This document shows, piece after piece, positions 1-10,080 of a stretch of 64,000 bases of DNA. The stretch's first letter is position 1. Every line of letters starts with the position of its first letter. Where the stretch lies: the sequence record MK327947.1, one strand, 5' to 3'. Made by a program: the position numbers and the translations under genes. This DNA comes from Escherichia phage vB_EcoM_G5211. A model generated the notes under the pieces. That model did no database searches, was not told where the DNA came from, and saw only the letters and a list, made by a program, of their open reading frames with translations.

Positions 1-373
1 CCGGCACTACGTTAGTTTTGTATGGTTGGAAGCGAACAAGCATCTGATTGCGTTTAGACCCTTCCTTAATCTTGATTTCCATCTGGATATTGTTGCCTAC
101 GTGAGCAACCGCAATTTCACCTTTATTCTCATAGACCCACTTGCTGGTAACGTCTCCAGCAAAAGCCTTAATAACTTGCAATGCTTCGTCGTATGCGGTA
201 GAGCTGTGAACTTTCAGAAGGCCAGCCGTAGCAAGACGGGAGCAGGTGATCGCCGGAGATTGCCAAACATCAACATTAATTTGCTCAATCAGAGTAACAC
301 CGCCCTGATCAACTGCTTTGAATGCTTCGAACATTGCCTTTTTCATTGCTACGTGGTTTTTACGGAATTTCAT
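1..373 (-). CDS. hypothetical protein, N-terminal part only (gene runs off window start)
   Basis: ATG at 373-371 with GAGGTGA RBS 7 nt upstream; frame open to window edge; track ORF 26..379(+) is its antisense shadow. Confidence 0.5.
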   Translation of the reverse strand, partial: MKFRKNHVAMKKAMFEAFKAVDQGGVTLIEQINVDVWQSPAITCSRLATAGLLKVHSSTAYDEALQVIKAFAGDVTSKWVYENKGEIAVAHVGNNIQMEIKIKEGSKRNQMLVRFQPYKTNVVP

Positions 374-419
374 AATTAGTCACCTCTATTGATTAGTTAT
401 TCAGAATATTAATTACAAA

Positions 420-695
420 TCAGGACATTGCCCGTTTGAATGCGTCCATTATAACAGTGTTATTTGGCTTGTCAACACGTTTTTGAACTTTATTTTTAAA
501 TTTTTTGTTGATGTGGTGTTTACGATAAACAACCTTTTCACGGTTGGCGTAAGCCTCGCGTGCATCTTTTACCATCAACCATGCCTTAGCCGCATCTTGT
601 CCGCTGATCCCGCCAATCTTTTTAGCAATATCAACAAAATTAAGACCGTGGTCTTCTCGTAGCATGTAAACCATTAACGCTGTTTTCTTGTCCAT
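420..695 (-). CDS. hypothetical protein (about 91 aa; track ORF extends to 803)
   Basis: ATG at 695-693 overlaps stop of upstream small ORF (ATGA coupling); longer track start would overlap neighbour in another frame. Confidence 0.45.
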   Translation of the reverse strand: MDKKTALMVYMLREDHGLNFVDIAKKIGGISGQDAAKAWLMVKDAREAYANREKVVYRKHHINKKFKNKVQKRVDKPNNTVIMDAFKRAMS

Positions 696-892
696 CACTT
701 CGCCCCATTGACGATTAACAGGATAGTGATCAGCACCGGAAACTGGATCATGATAGTGCCAATAAACCGGATAAACGCATTTTCTGACTTCCACACATGA
801 CATGCGACTAGCTGATATACCATTGTTGCCACCAAAGCCAGAAAATACATCTCGATTGGTGTTTCTTTGATCAATCGTACAATCTCATTCAT
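695..892 (-). CDS. small hydrophobic (membrane) protein
   Basis: GAGGTGA RBS upstream of ATG; hydrophobic stretches. Confidence 0.5.
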   Translation of the reverse strand: MNEIVRLIKETPIEMYFLALVATMVYQLVACHVWKSENAFIRFIGTIMIQFPVLITILLIVNGAK

Positions 893-1061
893 ACTTCACC
901 TCATACATTCATAAACACAACAACGAATAATACAGTAACAGTTATCAACGCCATTTTCAACCCCACATTCATAATATTTTCTTCGCCTCACTATGGACAG
1001 TAGCATGTCGATGTGTGCCATTATAGGCATCTAAATCGCTCTGTCAAGCACAAAAACAAAA

Positions 1062-1081
1062 AAGCCACCCCGAAGGATGGC
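1062..1081 (-). terminator. hairpin + U-run after hoc
   Basis: AGCCATCCTTCGGGGTGGCT followed by TTTTTTGTTTTT on minus strand. Confidence 0.6.
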
Positions 1082-1093
1082 TGATATATTTCA

Positions 1094-2308
1094 TTAAGCA
1101 GGATGCATTTCACGAATGCGTAGAACTCGCTCTAACGTCTCTCGGTCCAGTTTATGTAACTCTTTGGAATGATACATGAAACCATTGCGAGATTCCATGC
1201 AAGTGCAATCACTATATTTTTCTTCCGCTGCCGCGATTGTCTCCAGATCTTTGGCGTACTTGCTGGTTGAATAAACTTCTCGATCACGCCACTCTAACCC
1301 AGCCTCATTGAATTTAACAATCTCGTCAAATACCCACCATCCAATGTAGATAAATGAAGTTTTGCGCCACGGGATCGGGTGTACGTAACGAAACATTTTA
1401 ACAACTTCCATTGAACATTTTCGGCTTGTACTTGCTGCAACTTCTACTGTTTCATCTTCGATCTGTTGATATAGTTTAGCAACACACCAGAATTTGGCTG
1501 TGTCATCGTAAGTAGCACTCTCTTTGAACAGATGACCGTCTGGCATGATAGAAAATCCTTCCAGTGCTTCGCCGGCCTCACTACCGATTAGAGTCGGTGA
1601 CGGTTGCCCTTCGCGCTGCAAATACCAGTTATATTTGATCGTCAAATTAGGCATACCGCTAGAATCGCCTACAATGTCCTCTGACACAACATAATTAAGT
1701 GATATCTCATTACCTAGTGCCACGGTCTTTGATTCCACCACATCCTGATCTACGTTCATTGTTGCCAGCATGATTTTAGTCGATGCGCTAGCGGCTGAAT
1801 CTTCCGACTCACCCCACACTTTTACAGTATACAAGCCGTTTTTATCTGCTGTAAATTCTCGGATTGTAATATCCTGTTTTGTGTCTATAACGTCTTCGCC
1901 CTTACTCCAACTATAATGTAGTTCATAGTCGTCTGCTGGAGTCTTCCCACCAGAAAATTTTACTGTTGCATGTAATTCTACGTCTTTTTGTGATGATACG
2001 TAAAAATGCTGCGGTTCGGTGATATTTACGATTAATTCAGCTTCTTCCATGAGGAAAACTTCAGATTCTACTGATTCCGTCGTATCGGTATCTTGTACCG
2101 TTACTTTATAGCTACCCGCATTTTCACTTGTTGCGTCTGCTACAGTTAGCGTAGCTGTGTTATTTTCATGCGGTTGGTCGTCTTTTGTCCATGTATATGT
2201 CAAATTGCTGGGTAATGGTTCGTCACCCGCTACAGTCGCCGTTAAGGTGAAACCATCTCCAGCAAGAAAACATCTTTTGTTAGATTGTATTGATACTGTG
2301 AAAGCCAT
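1094..2308 (-). CDS. hoc: Hoc, outer capsid decoration protein
   Basis: N-terminal tandem Ig-like repeats; C-terminal capsid-binding region with GWWV...ESRNG motif as remembered from T4 Hoc; position upstream of inh/segD/uvsW. Confidence 0.8.
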   Translation of the reverse strand: MAFTVSIQSNKRCFLAGDGFTLTATVAGDEPLPSNLTYTWTKDDQPHENNTATLTVADATSENAGSYKVTVQDTDTTESVESEVFLMEEAELIVNITEPQHFYVSSQKDVELHATVKFSGGKTPADDYELHYSWSKGEDVIDTKQDITIREFTADKNGLYTVKVWGESEDSAASASTKIMLATMNVDQDVVESKTVALGNEISLNYVVSEDIVGDSSGMPNLTIKYNWYLQREGQPSPTLIGSEAGEALEGFSIMPDGHLFKESATYDDTAKFWCVAKLYQQIEDETVEVAASTSRKCSMEVVKMFRYVHPIPWRKTSFIYIGWWVFDEIVKFNEAGLEWRDREVYSTSKYAKDLETIAAAEEKYSDCTCMESRNGFMYHSKELHKLDRETLERVLRIREMHPA

Positions 2309-2477
2309 ATAAAGCCACTCCCATCGAAAATCCGAATTTAATTAATTGAAATAGTTGATTGTCATCAACCAGATAACCATTGCGAGATTCCAATACATGA
2401 GTATTAGAATAGTGATGCAACGAGGCCGAAATAGTATCGATCTCGTCTGGGTATTTGTTCTGTTTGATGTAATACAT
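2280..2477 (-). pseudogene. hoc C-terminal domain paralog fragment
   Basis: 65-aa ORF aligns to Hoc C-terminus (shared ESRNG motif; shared nucleotide string accattgcgagattcca); no RBS at its ATG, while a good RBS+ATG at 2493 opens a different frame. Confidence 0.4.
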
Positions 2478-2573
2478 TGATTTTGTTAGACATGTAGTAT
2501 CCTCTTTTTAATTGCATAACGGAACTACAATTAAAATTATAACAAATATTTCACAACTTTTATCACCCAAAAA

Positions 2574-3302
2574 TTACTTGAGTGTGTGGAATTGGCTATG
2601 TTTAGTCTCTCGCACCTTGACAGACCCATCGCGTTTGATATAATAGATCAGTGACTTGAGGGTGTCGTGTACATACGCGTGCGGGAAACGCTCTGGATAC
2701 TTCTTCCAATCTGGAGTATTAACGATCCAGTCGAAAATCCACCACGGGCAGGAGTAGTAACCACGACCGCCACCGATCAAGCAAATGGTTGGACGGAAGC
2801 CGGTAAGATCGCAAAATGAATCAGTGTCATGTGCTGGGGAACGATGTTCTGCTTCGTCAGATAAAATGTTGGCTACCTGAGATTCCACTTTAACTTCCGG
2901 TACAACCACAATTTCAACTGGTACTGTGTGTGGTTTGGCTTCTTCTACAACTGTAACTGTAACTGTAATTGGTTCTTCTTTTTGTTCTGGTTCTTTCATT
3001 GCTTCAACCAGAGACGGATCAACTTCGTCGAATACTACTTTATCATCTGCGGTATCTGCTGCCAGAATAAGATCGTTAATACTGGTTCCTTCTGCCGGAG
3101 TTTCTTCTTCCATTTCGGATGCCAGTTTAGTTAATTCTGTTTCTACGAACTCGATCATGTTCTCTAGTGATAGCGTCTTTTTGACCTTGATGTCAAATTG
3201 TTTTGCGTAGTCCGCTAATTCTGTTTTAGCGGCTTTCTGTGCTTCTTTGTCGTCGGACGCCGCAATAGCGCGGAGTTCTTCGAAATATTCTTTATCAAAC
3301 AT
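2574..3302 (-). CDS. acidic protein at the position of T4 inh (prohead protease inhibitor); assignment by synteny only
   Basis: 242 aa, AGGAG RBS; sits between hoc and segD-like as inh does in T4. Confidence 0.4.
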   Translation of the reverse strand: MFDKEYFEELRAIAASDDKEAQKAAKTELADYAKQFDIKVKKTLSLENMIEFVETELTKLASEMEEETPAEGTSINDLILAADTADDKVVFDEVDPSLVEAMKEPEQKEEPITVTVTVVEEAKPHTVPVEIVVVPEVKVESQVANILSDEAEHRSPAHDTDSFCDLTGFRPTICLIGGGRGYYSCPWWIFDWIVNTPDWKKYPERFPHAYVHDTLKSLIYYIKRDGSVKVRETKHSQFHTLK

Positions 3303-3328
3303 GTTATTCTCCTGATTGGGGGTGTTTG

Positions 3329-3336
3329 TATAAATA
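3329..3336 (+). promoter_or_regulatory. late promoter TATAAATA
   Basis: exact TATAAATA upstream of segD-like/uvsW. Confidence 0.5.
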
Positions 3337-3374
3337 TTTGTATACTGTATTTATTGCATACGGAGATTTTTACT

Positions 3375-4106
3375 ATGGCTAAAAGATTTCATTATGTTTA
3401 TGAGATAAAGAATCTTGTAAACGGCAAGCTGTATATAGGTAAACATTCTACTAACAATATGCATGATGGATATATGGGGTCTGGTGACCTTCTTCGTGCT
3501 GCATTTGAAAAATATGGCATTGAGAACTTCGAGAAGCGCATATTAAAAATGTTTGATACCGAGCAGGATGCTTACCTATACGAGAAAGAACTTGTCACTG
3601 TTGACATTGTAAAAGATCCCAATTATTATAATGTAGTTACTGGCGGTCGTTATGACGGAGACCAGGTATACTCAGACTCTGTACGCGCTAAAATGTCTTC
3701 TTCTGCCAAAGAGCGCGTAGAACGTGATATGAAAACTGGAAAACTAAAAAAAGCAATAGTAGGTATGCGAGAGAGTGTTTCCGGTAGCTCATGGTATAAT
3801 GACGGTGTTAAATCTATACGAGTTCGAGATGGAGAAACTCCACCTGACGGATTCGTCAAGGGTAATTTACATGCTGGGTGGGACCATATAGAATGGACGG
3901 AGGAACGCAAAGCCGCTAACAGGGAAATATGTCTAAGACAAGTCCAAAAGGATCGTGAGTCCGGTGCTCTCGCCGAGCGTGTAGCAAGGCTTAACGATTT
4001 TCATACTGGCAGTAAGTGGTATAACAACGGGGTAGTTAATAAGGTCGTGAAACGCGGTGACACCCCTCCTGATGGTTTTGTTCTTGGAAAACTTGTTAAA
4101 AGGTGA
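3375..4106 (+). mobile_element. GIY-YIG homing endonuclease, SegD-like
   Basis: N-terminal GIY-YIG motif (HYVYEIKN...KLYIGKH); two C-terminal WYNxGV...TPPDGFV repeats; position as T4 segD. Confidence 0.75.
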
Positions 4107-4110
4107 TGTG

Positions 4111-5613
4111 ATGCAAGATATTCATGTGCATTTTATGAATTATAGTTTTGTTAAAATTGAATGTTCTGATTCAATATCTATGGAATTACGAGACTATTTT
4201 TCTTTTGAGATTGAAGGTGCAAGATTTAATCCTCGTTATCGCTACGGGCAATGGGATGGGCGAATCCGGCTATTTACCTATGAAAACACTCTTCCTATCG
4301 GACTGATCAAAACTTTGGGTATCTTTGCTAAGAATATGAGCTATTCTGTTTGGATTGATCCCCGTCTTCTGGAAAAGGAGAAAATCACTAAAGAAGATAT
4401 TGATAGTTGGATCGGTTCGTTGGCGATATATTCTGGCGCTAATAAGATCACCCCTCATTGGTATCAAAGTGAAGCTGTATTTCAGGGTATACATAATCGT
4501 CGTAGAATGTTAGTTTTGCCTACTTCTGCTGGTAAAAGTTTGATTGCTTGTTTATTATCTCGATGGTATCTGGAAAACTACGAGGGAAAGGTACTAATCA
4601 TCGTTCCAACTACTTCTCTTGTTCTCCAGATGCGTGATGACTTTATTGATTATAGGCTATTCCCTTTTGAGGCTATCCATACAATGATGAGTGGTAGCCA
4701 AAAACATCCAGGGGAACGATTGATAACTGTTTCAACTTGGCAATCTGCGTGTAAGATGCCTAAAGAGTGGTTCCAGCAATACGGAATGGTTATTGTCGAT
4801 GAATGTCACAAAGCAACCGCCAAAAACCTTCAAAATATTGTAAATGATATGACTCATTGCCAATTTAAGATTGGTATGACTGGTTCACCTCGTGACGGTA
4901 AGTGTAATGCTTTACAATATGTTGGATTATTTGGCGATATATCTAGGATCGTAAGTATTGATCGTCTTATGGATGAAGGACAAGTTACAAAACTGAAAAT
5001 TAACTGTCTATTCCTAAAATATACTGACGATGAATGTACGTCGATTAAGGGGAAAGAATACGCGGAAGAGATCAAATATATAACTTCACACGGTAGACGG
5101 AATAAGTTTGTGTGTAATTTGGCACTAAAACTAGCTAAGAAGGGCGAAAACGTATTCCTGATGTTCCGCAATACTAAGCACGGAAAACTTATGTATGACG
5201 CGTTACAGAAGGTACACGACAAGGTTTATTATATTGACGGTGGAGTTAAGACAGAAGAACGTGATGAATTTAAGAAATTAGCGGAAGGGGAAACAGGGAT
5301 CATTTGTGTTGCTTCCTATGGTGTTTTCTCTACTGGTGTTTCAATTAAGAATTTGCACCATGTTATTTTCGGTCATCCCGTGAAGGAATCAACTATCGTT
5401 CGTCAGAGTATCGGTCGTGCATTGCGTAAACATGGTTCTAAGGATATTGCAACGGTCTGGGATCTTATAGATCATCTGGCGGTGAAGACAAAGAGCAATA
5501 ATGCTAAGAAACAGTTTAGCCACCTTAATTATGCTCTTAAACATGCGCTTGAAAGAATAAAAATTTACAACACCGATCGATTCGAATATGTCACGAAAAC
5601 AATCGAGATTTAA
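4111..5613 (+). CDS. uvsW: UvsW DNA/RNA helicase
   Basis: Colinear similarity to T4 UvsW incl. Walker A LPTSAGKS and DECH box; AGGTGA RBS before ATG 4111. Confidence 0.85.
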   Translation: MQDIHVHFMNYSFVKIECSDSISMELRDYFSFEIEGARFNPRYRYGQWDGRIRLFTYENTLPIGLIKTLGIFAKNMSYSVWIDPRLLEKEKITKEDIDSWIGSLAIYSGANKITPHWYQSEAVFQGIHNRRRMLVLPTSAGKSLIACLLSRWYLENYEGKVLIIVPTTSLVLQMRDDFIDYRLFPFEAIHTMMSGSQKHPGERLITVSTWQSACKMPKEWFQQYGMVIVDECHKATAKNLQNIVNDMTHCQFKIGMTGSPRDGKCNALQYVGLFGDISRIVSIDRLMDEGQVTKLKINCLFLKYTDDECTSIKGKEYAEEIKYITSHGRRNKFVCNLALKLAKKGENVFLMFRNTKHGKLMYDALQKVHDKVYYIDGGVKTEERDEFKKLAEGETGIICVASYGVFSTGVSIKNLHHVIFGHPVKESTIVRQSIGRALRKHGSKDIATVWDLIDHLAVKTKSNNAKKQFSHLNYALKHALERIKIYNTDRFEYVTKTIEI

Positions 5614-5656
5614 TAAATAGGGGCTTTAATGCCCCTTTATTCTACGGAGATTAAAA

Positions 5657-5893
5657 ATGATTAGCTTTAAACGTTTTTTGGTTGAGGCCGCTATTGACGG
5701 TTTCATGCGTAAGATTTATTCTTGTAATACTATCGAGGGATTAAATGAACTTGAGGCATATTATGAGAAGCGCAAGAAAGAAACAGAATTGAAACCTGCT
5801 GATGATATTTCGATCCGTGATGCCATCGCTGGACGCCGTAAGCAATTGGAAGCGGACAACGAGCCAGAAGAGGAGCCGGAAGAGGATTTTTAA
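5657..5893 (+). CDS. UvsW.1-like small acidic protein
   Basis: 78 aa directly after uvsW as in T4. Confidence 0.5.
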   Translation: MISFKRFLVEAAIDGFMRKIYSCNTIEGLNELEAYYEKRKKETELKPADDISIRDAIAGRRKQLEADNEPEEEPEEDF

Positions 5894-5904
5894 GATATAA
5901 AAAA

Positions 5905-5923
5905 GCCCCATCAATGATGGGGC
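5905..5923. terminator. hairpin between convergent uvsW.1 and uvsY-side genes
   Basis: GCCCCATCAATGATGGGGC flanked by A/T runs. Confidence 0.5.
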
Positions 5924-5956
5924 AAAATAAACCAATTAAAATCGGTTATCAACAAA

Positions 5957-6133
5957 TTACATTAACAGCATTGTTTGCTCTACGAGTTGTTCTTGTTCTT
6001 CGCCGTTCGCATCTTCACTAATCGAACGTTCTGTTACTAGCTGTAAGCAGTAGCCAGTGTGAACAACGCCGTTTTCTGTCTGGACGGATAACGCATCCTC
6101 GACAGGTTGTTTACAACAAATACAGATTTTCAT
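5957..6133 (-). CDS. small Cys-rich protein (58 aa)
   Basis: AGGAGG RBS; hand-translated MKICICCKQPVEDAL...; below track size cutoff. Confidence 0.5.
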   Translation of the reverse strand: MKICICCKQPVEDALSVQTENGVVHTGYCLQLVTERSISEDANGEEQEQLVEQTMLLM

Positions 6134-6154
6134 AAAAATTCCTCCTGCATGTAT

Positions 6155-6562
6155 TTAGCGACCAGATTCCAGCATACGCAATTCTATAGCATTCTTGATC
6201 GCAAATCCACGAGATTTAACGATATCAAGTGCGCGACCAGCGAAATCCATTACCATCTGGTAATATGCAATTTTCGTATCAAGCGGTAAGATCTCGTCGT
6301 CTGCTGCCATGACAACTTTCAATTCTGATTTCTCATATTCAGCACGACACCAGTCATCACTACGGTTAGTGTAAAAGTCAAGACGATTTTTCATAGCCTT
6401 TTTCTTTTTAGCCTCAAGAGCAATCGTCTCTCTTTTCGCCTCGCTGTAAATCCTTAACCACTTTGAGTATACTACCGGATTATTCAGCGCCTCCCATTGC
6501 AACTTAGTCGCATCGATCTTCATGTCAGCTTCTAATTGTTCTTTCAAATCGTTTAGGTCCAT
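6155..6562 (-). CDS. uvsY: UvsY recombination mediator
   Basis: Colinear similarity to T4 UvsY incl. C-terminal KSRGFAIK. Confidence 0.85.
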   Translation of the reverse strand: MDLNDLKEQLEADMKIDATKLQWEALNNPVVYSKWLRIYSEAKRETIALEAKKKKAMKNRLDFYTNRSDDWCRAEYEKSELKVVMAADDEILPLDTKIAYYQMVMDFAGRALDIVKSRGFAIKNAIELRMLESGR

Positions 6563-6609
6563 AATATCCCCTTATTCACACTAAGACCTATATCATATCA
6601 CACACAAAA

Positions 6610-7008
6610 TCACTTTGCAAGTCTTATGCGTAGTTGTTCAAGATCATCTGGGTTATCTATTACTGAAAAGTAGATTGATACTATGATTGAGTTATCGTCG
6701 TACTGCGGGGTTACTTCTACTGTCAGGTTTCGGACCCGTGGTTCATAGTTTCGGATCGCCTCATTGATGTTTTTTGATAAGGTATCCACTGTCAGTGGGT
6801 TCATGTTCTCAAACAGTGATTTATTGAGATCGCATCCAAACAGTGGATCAAATGGACGAGATCCCTTGCGAGTAGTCACGATCAGTAGAATAGAATCCTT
6901 AACCGCTTTAATCCCTATGTTCTTTTTAACGTCGTTATTCCACGATCTGGATATATTGAGATCCAAATCAGTATACATCTGATTAATAGTTGCCATGTTA
7001 TACCTCAA
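6610..7008 (-). CDS. 25: gp25 baseplate wedge protein
   Basis: TTRKGSRPFDPxFGCDL and SVIDNPDD motifs as in T4 gp25; same length (132 aa). Confidence 0.85.
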   Translation of the reverse strand: MRYNMATINQMYTDLDLNISRSWNNDVKKNIGIKAVKDSILLIVTTRKGSRPFDPLFGCDLNKSLFENMNPLTVDTLSKNINEAIRNYEPRVRNLTVEVTPQYDDNSIIVSIYFSVIDNPDDLEQLRIRLAK

Positions 7009-7634
7009 AGAATTTTAAGGAAACTGGATAGACCTGATAATGAATATACACCAGATTCCCCGCATTCGCACTTGATCGGTACTGCCAGTGTGATTTGATT
7101 TCTTGTTAGCTCGTCGATCACTTCTTCCACTTTATCCGTGGTAAGCATATCCAGCACGCGGTCAAAGTCCTGTGCGTTCAGGTCGTCTATATTGAATTGC
7201 TGATCGCCTATCACGATATATTCGATACATGCAATTACCATCTGCATAATATCAACATCTTCTGTAAACTTAGGTTGACGAAATTTGATTTTTACTTGCC
7301 CTAAGTCCAGAATATACGGTTCAACTTCTGGTATCTGTGTGCGTGAAACATCAAGAGAGTATACTTTCTCTTTATTGCATACACCACACACCCAAGTAGC
7401 ATCAATTTTCATCTTATTGAGGCTGTGACACCATAAGAGAAGAAAAATATATTCTGCTTCGCATTTCTCTAGCTCTAATGCATTGATCCCCGTACATTCA
7501 TGTATGATCTCTATAACAACCTCTGACAGCTTGCCAGTCTCTTTTGCTGCTACCAGTTTTTGAAATTCGCCGAAGGTGAAAGCACGGGCGTGTATCAACT
7601 TTTCGCCTAATTGGATCTTGAAAAAGTATTGCAT
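7005..7634 (-). CDS. 26: gp26 baseplate hub protein
   Basis: Size and position; paralogous to the divergently transcribed gp51. Confidence 0.65.
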   Translation of the reverse strand: MQYFFKIQLGEKLIHARAFTFGEFQKLVAAKETGKLSEVVIEIIHECTGINALELEKCEAEYIFLLLWCHSLNKMKIDATWVCGVCNKEKVYSLDVSRTQIPEVEPYILDLGQVKIKFRQPKFTEDVDIMQMVIACIEYIVIGDQQFNIDDLNAQDFDRVLDMLTTDKVEEVIDELTRNQITLAVPIKCECGESGVYSLSGLSSFLKIL

Positions 7635-7676
7635 AATAAAACACCCTTTATAAACACATAGAATTATTTAGTATTT

Positions 7677-7684
7677 TATAAATA
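7677..7684 (+). promoter_or_regulatory. late promoter TATAAATA for baseplate hub operon
   Basis: exact TATAAATA 20 nt upstream of gene 51 start. Confidence 0.55.
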
Positions 7685-7704
7685 CCCGAAAGGGGGATTA
7701 TACC

Positions 7705-8475
7705 ATGAATATTATCAGAATAAAACTACCGGAAGGTGTGCAGAGATTTAAACCATTCACGGTAAAAGATTATAGAGATTTCCTTCTGGTGTCAACTGAA
7801 ATTAAGATGAATCCAGAAGAAGAACAAACGATTCTTGATGAGCTATTAGAAGAAATATATCCAGACGTAGATCCGGCATTTCGTGAATATATTTTCCTGA
7901 ATGTCTTTACTAGTTCAATTGGTAAAACTAAAATACCTCTTTGTTTTACTTGCCCGACTTGCAACAAAGAAAGAAAAATGTTGCTTAACTTACAGGTTGA
8001 AGCACTAAAACCAATCGTTCTAGAGGCCGCAGGGCTTAAAATAACTTTCCGGTATGTTAAACCATCAACCGACTATGCAAAAACGTTTCTGGATGCGATA
8101 GAGCGTGTATCTGATGGTATTAATGATTATCTATGGACTGAATTACCGGAAGAAGTTAGAGAACAGGTTATCGATTCAATCTCATTTGCTGAATTTGAAG
8201 AAGTTGTTAAGCAGATGCACACAATCAAGATCGAACAAAAGATATCTTGTTGTGAAAGTCATGACCTGAAATACATAGGTCTTCTTCCATTATTCAAATT
8301 GTTGTTGAATCCAGATGAGTTATTCATCTTTTATCGAATAAACCATCTATTGGCAAAATCAAATTATTCTATCAGTGATCTTATGGATATGTTACCGGTC
8401 GAGAGAAACATTGCACTGACACTGGTCGAGAAAGACGTAAAAGAGGCAAATAATGCAAAGAACGGGGTTTCCTAA
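7705..8475 (+). CDS. 51: gp51 baseplate hub assembly protein
   Basis: Size and synteny. Confidence 0.65.
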   Translation: MNIIRIKLPEGVQRFKPFTVKDYRDFLLVSTEIKMNPEEEQTILDELLEEIYPDVDPAFREYIFLNVFTSSIGKTKIPLCFTCPTCNKERKMLLNLQVEALKPIVLEAAGLKITFRYVKPSTDYAKTFLDAIERVSDGINDYLWTELPEEVREQVIDSISFAEFEEVVKQMHTIKIEQKISCCESHDLKYIGLLPLFKLLLNPDELFIFYRINHLLAKSNYSISDLMDMLPVERNIALTLVEKDVKEANNAKNGVS

Positions 8476-9562
8476 TGTCTCAATAAAACTTTATCAGGAT
8501 TATGAGGCATTTCTAAATCATCGCTTTATAGAATTGGGTGCTACCTTTGTTACAATGACTCTGCGTGATTCGATTCGTGGGGTGAACGAAGGATTGTTGC
8601 AATTCTATGATAATAAGGCGATGCATACAAAATTAAACGGGAGAGAGATCATTCAGATTTCGCTATCAACTGCTAATACAGATGAAGTGTTTAACCGAAT
8701 CTATGGGATCTCTCATAGTAATGTAACAATTGACCAAAAATCCGACAACATTTTAACATTCCAGTTAAAGAGCTATCACGAAACACTAAACCTTAAATTT
8801 TCCCGCTCATTGACAAATAACGCTGTTAATAACGTAACTAGCATGATTGATGCCATCTATAAGGAAGTTCCTTTATGGAAACCTACTATAAAGGGTGATA
8901 ACGTTGTTATTCCTCGTTGTCCGTGGGTTAGTACCATAAATGACTATATGGATTTTGTGAGGGCATACGGGCAAAGCGTAGAAACAGAGTCTTTCGTGTA
9001 TTGCTGGGAAGATTTTGATGGTATAACGATCGCTGGACACGATACAATATTAAAAAATGAGCCAATACCAGCTATAATCTGTGAGCCTAGACTCATGGGG
9101 CAATTTATTGATATGTCGCCTAATCTGATGGTTTTTAATTTCGAGTGGAAGACTAAGAGCAATGCTAAAGTTAAAAATTCATTTAGCAATGTGACATACA
9201 CAACTATTGATTTTGTTACTAAGCAGTATAATAAAATTATTGTTGGTAATGGGGATAATATTGCACACTTTGCTCATGGTGGCGCTTATGGCGATTTAAC
9301 TTATAAGAATGCGTTTTTGGAAGGTTCTAAACTTGCCACAATAGAACAATATGATTCATATGCTACCGCCGTGTGTCACGGTAATTTTTCGTTGCGCCCC
9401 GGTATGGTTATTCGATTCTTTGATGAGAAGCAACAAGCACGCAATGATTTTATTGTTGACGAAGTGGTGCATGAAATTAGCCGAGAGCAATCATTAACTC
9501 ACCTGTATATGATCGGTAACAGCGAAGAATTACAGGAAGTCAAATTTGAAGGTAAGATATAA
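8453..9562 (+). CDS. 27: gp27 baseplate hub subunit
   Basis: Size and synteny (51-27-28-29-48-54). Confidence 0.7.
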   Translation: MQRTGFPNVSIKLYQDYEAFLNHRFIELGATFVTMTLRDSIRGVNEGLLQFYDNKAMHTKLNGREIIQISLSTANTDEVFNRIYGISHSNVTIDQKSDNILTFQLKSYHETLNLKFSRSLTNNAVNNVTSMIDAIYKEVPLWKPTIKGDNVVIPRCPWVSTINDYMDFVRAYGQSVETESFVYCWEDFDGITIAGHDTILKNEPIPAIICEPRLMGQFIDMSPNLMVFNFEWKTKSNAKVKNSFSNVTYTTIDFVTKQYNKIIVGNGDNIAHFAHGGAYGDLTYKNAFLEGSKLATIEQYDSYATAVCHGNFSLRPGMVIRFFDEKQQARNDFIVDEVVHEISREQSLTHLYMIGNSEELQEVKFEGKI

Positions 9563-10080
9563 TGACAGAAACTAAACCTATGTTAAAATTTGTTGTTCCT
9601 GTAAAAAAATTAGAGATAAACGGGAAACATATCAAGATCCCAAAAATGGGGATTAAGCAACATCGATTATTAAAAGATGTTCGTAGCTGTGATGAAACAT
9701 TAAAGATTCTTCTTGATTCAATCTGTCCTGGGTTAAACGCTGCCGAGTCTGAATTGGTTATGCTTAACCTTTGTGCGTTTAATGGTAAGTGTCTGGAAGA
9801 AAAAGATGGTCTTAAGCTGTCTGATGTGTATATTTGTACAGAGACTGAATTTACTTTAAATGGTAAAGTCTTTAAATTTAAAAATCCAATGTACACTTCT
9901 GACCCCATTATCGATGACGCTGATTTCTTGAGTCATCATTATCACGATCCTAGTGTAGACTTCCATGATTTCCCAGCTTTTATTATGGATTGGGCTACAG
10001 GATTAAGAAAAACTATTGCGCTGGATACACCGGAAGGTACTATCTATGGTGGAATTAACATATTGGATCGCCTATCATGA
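9562..10080 (+). CDS. 28: gp28 baseplate hub distal subunit
   Basis: Size and synteny. Confidence 0.65.
   Translation: MTETKPMLKFVVPVKKLEINGKHIKIPKMGIKQHRLLKDVRSCDETLKILLDSICPGLNAAESELVMLNLCAFNGKCLEEKDGLKLSDVYICTETEFTLNGKVFKFKNPMYTSDPIIDDADFLSHHYHDPSVDFHDFPAFIMDWATGLRKTIALDTPEGTIYGGINILDRLS

Noticed and set aside
26-379. 117-aa plus-strand ORF at window start
   Set aside because: Antisense shadow of a minus-strand gene that has a strong RBS and ATG at 373 and runs off the window edge.
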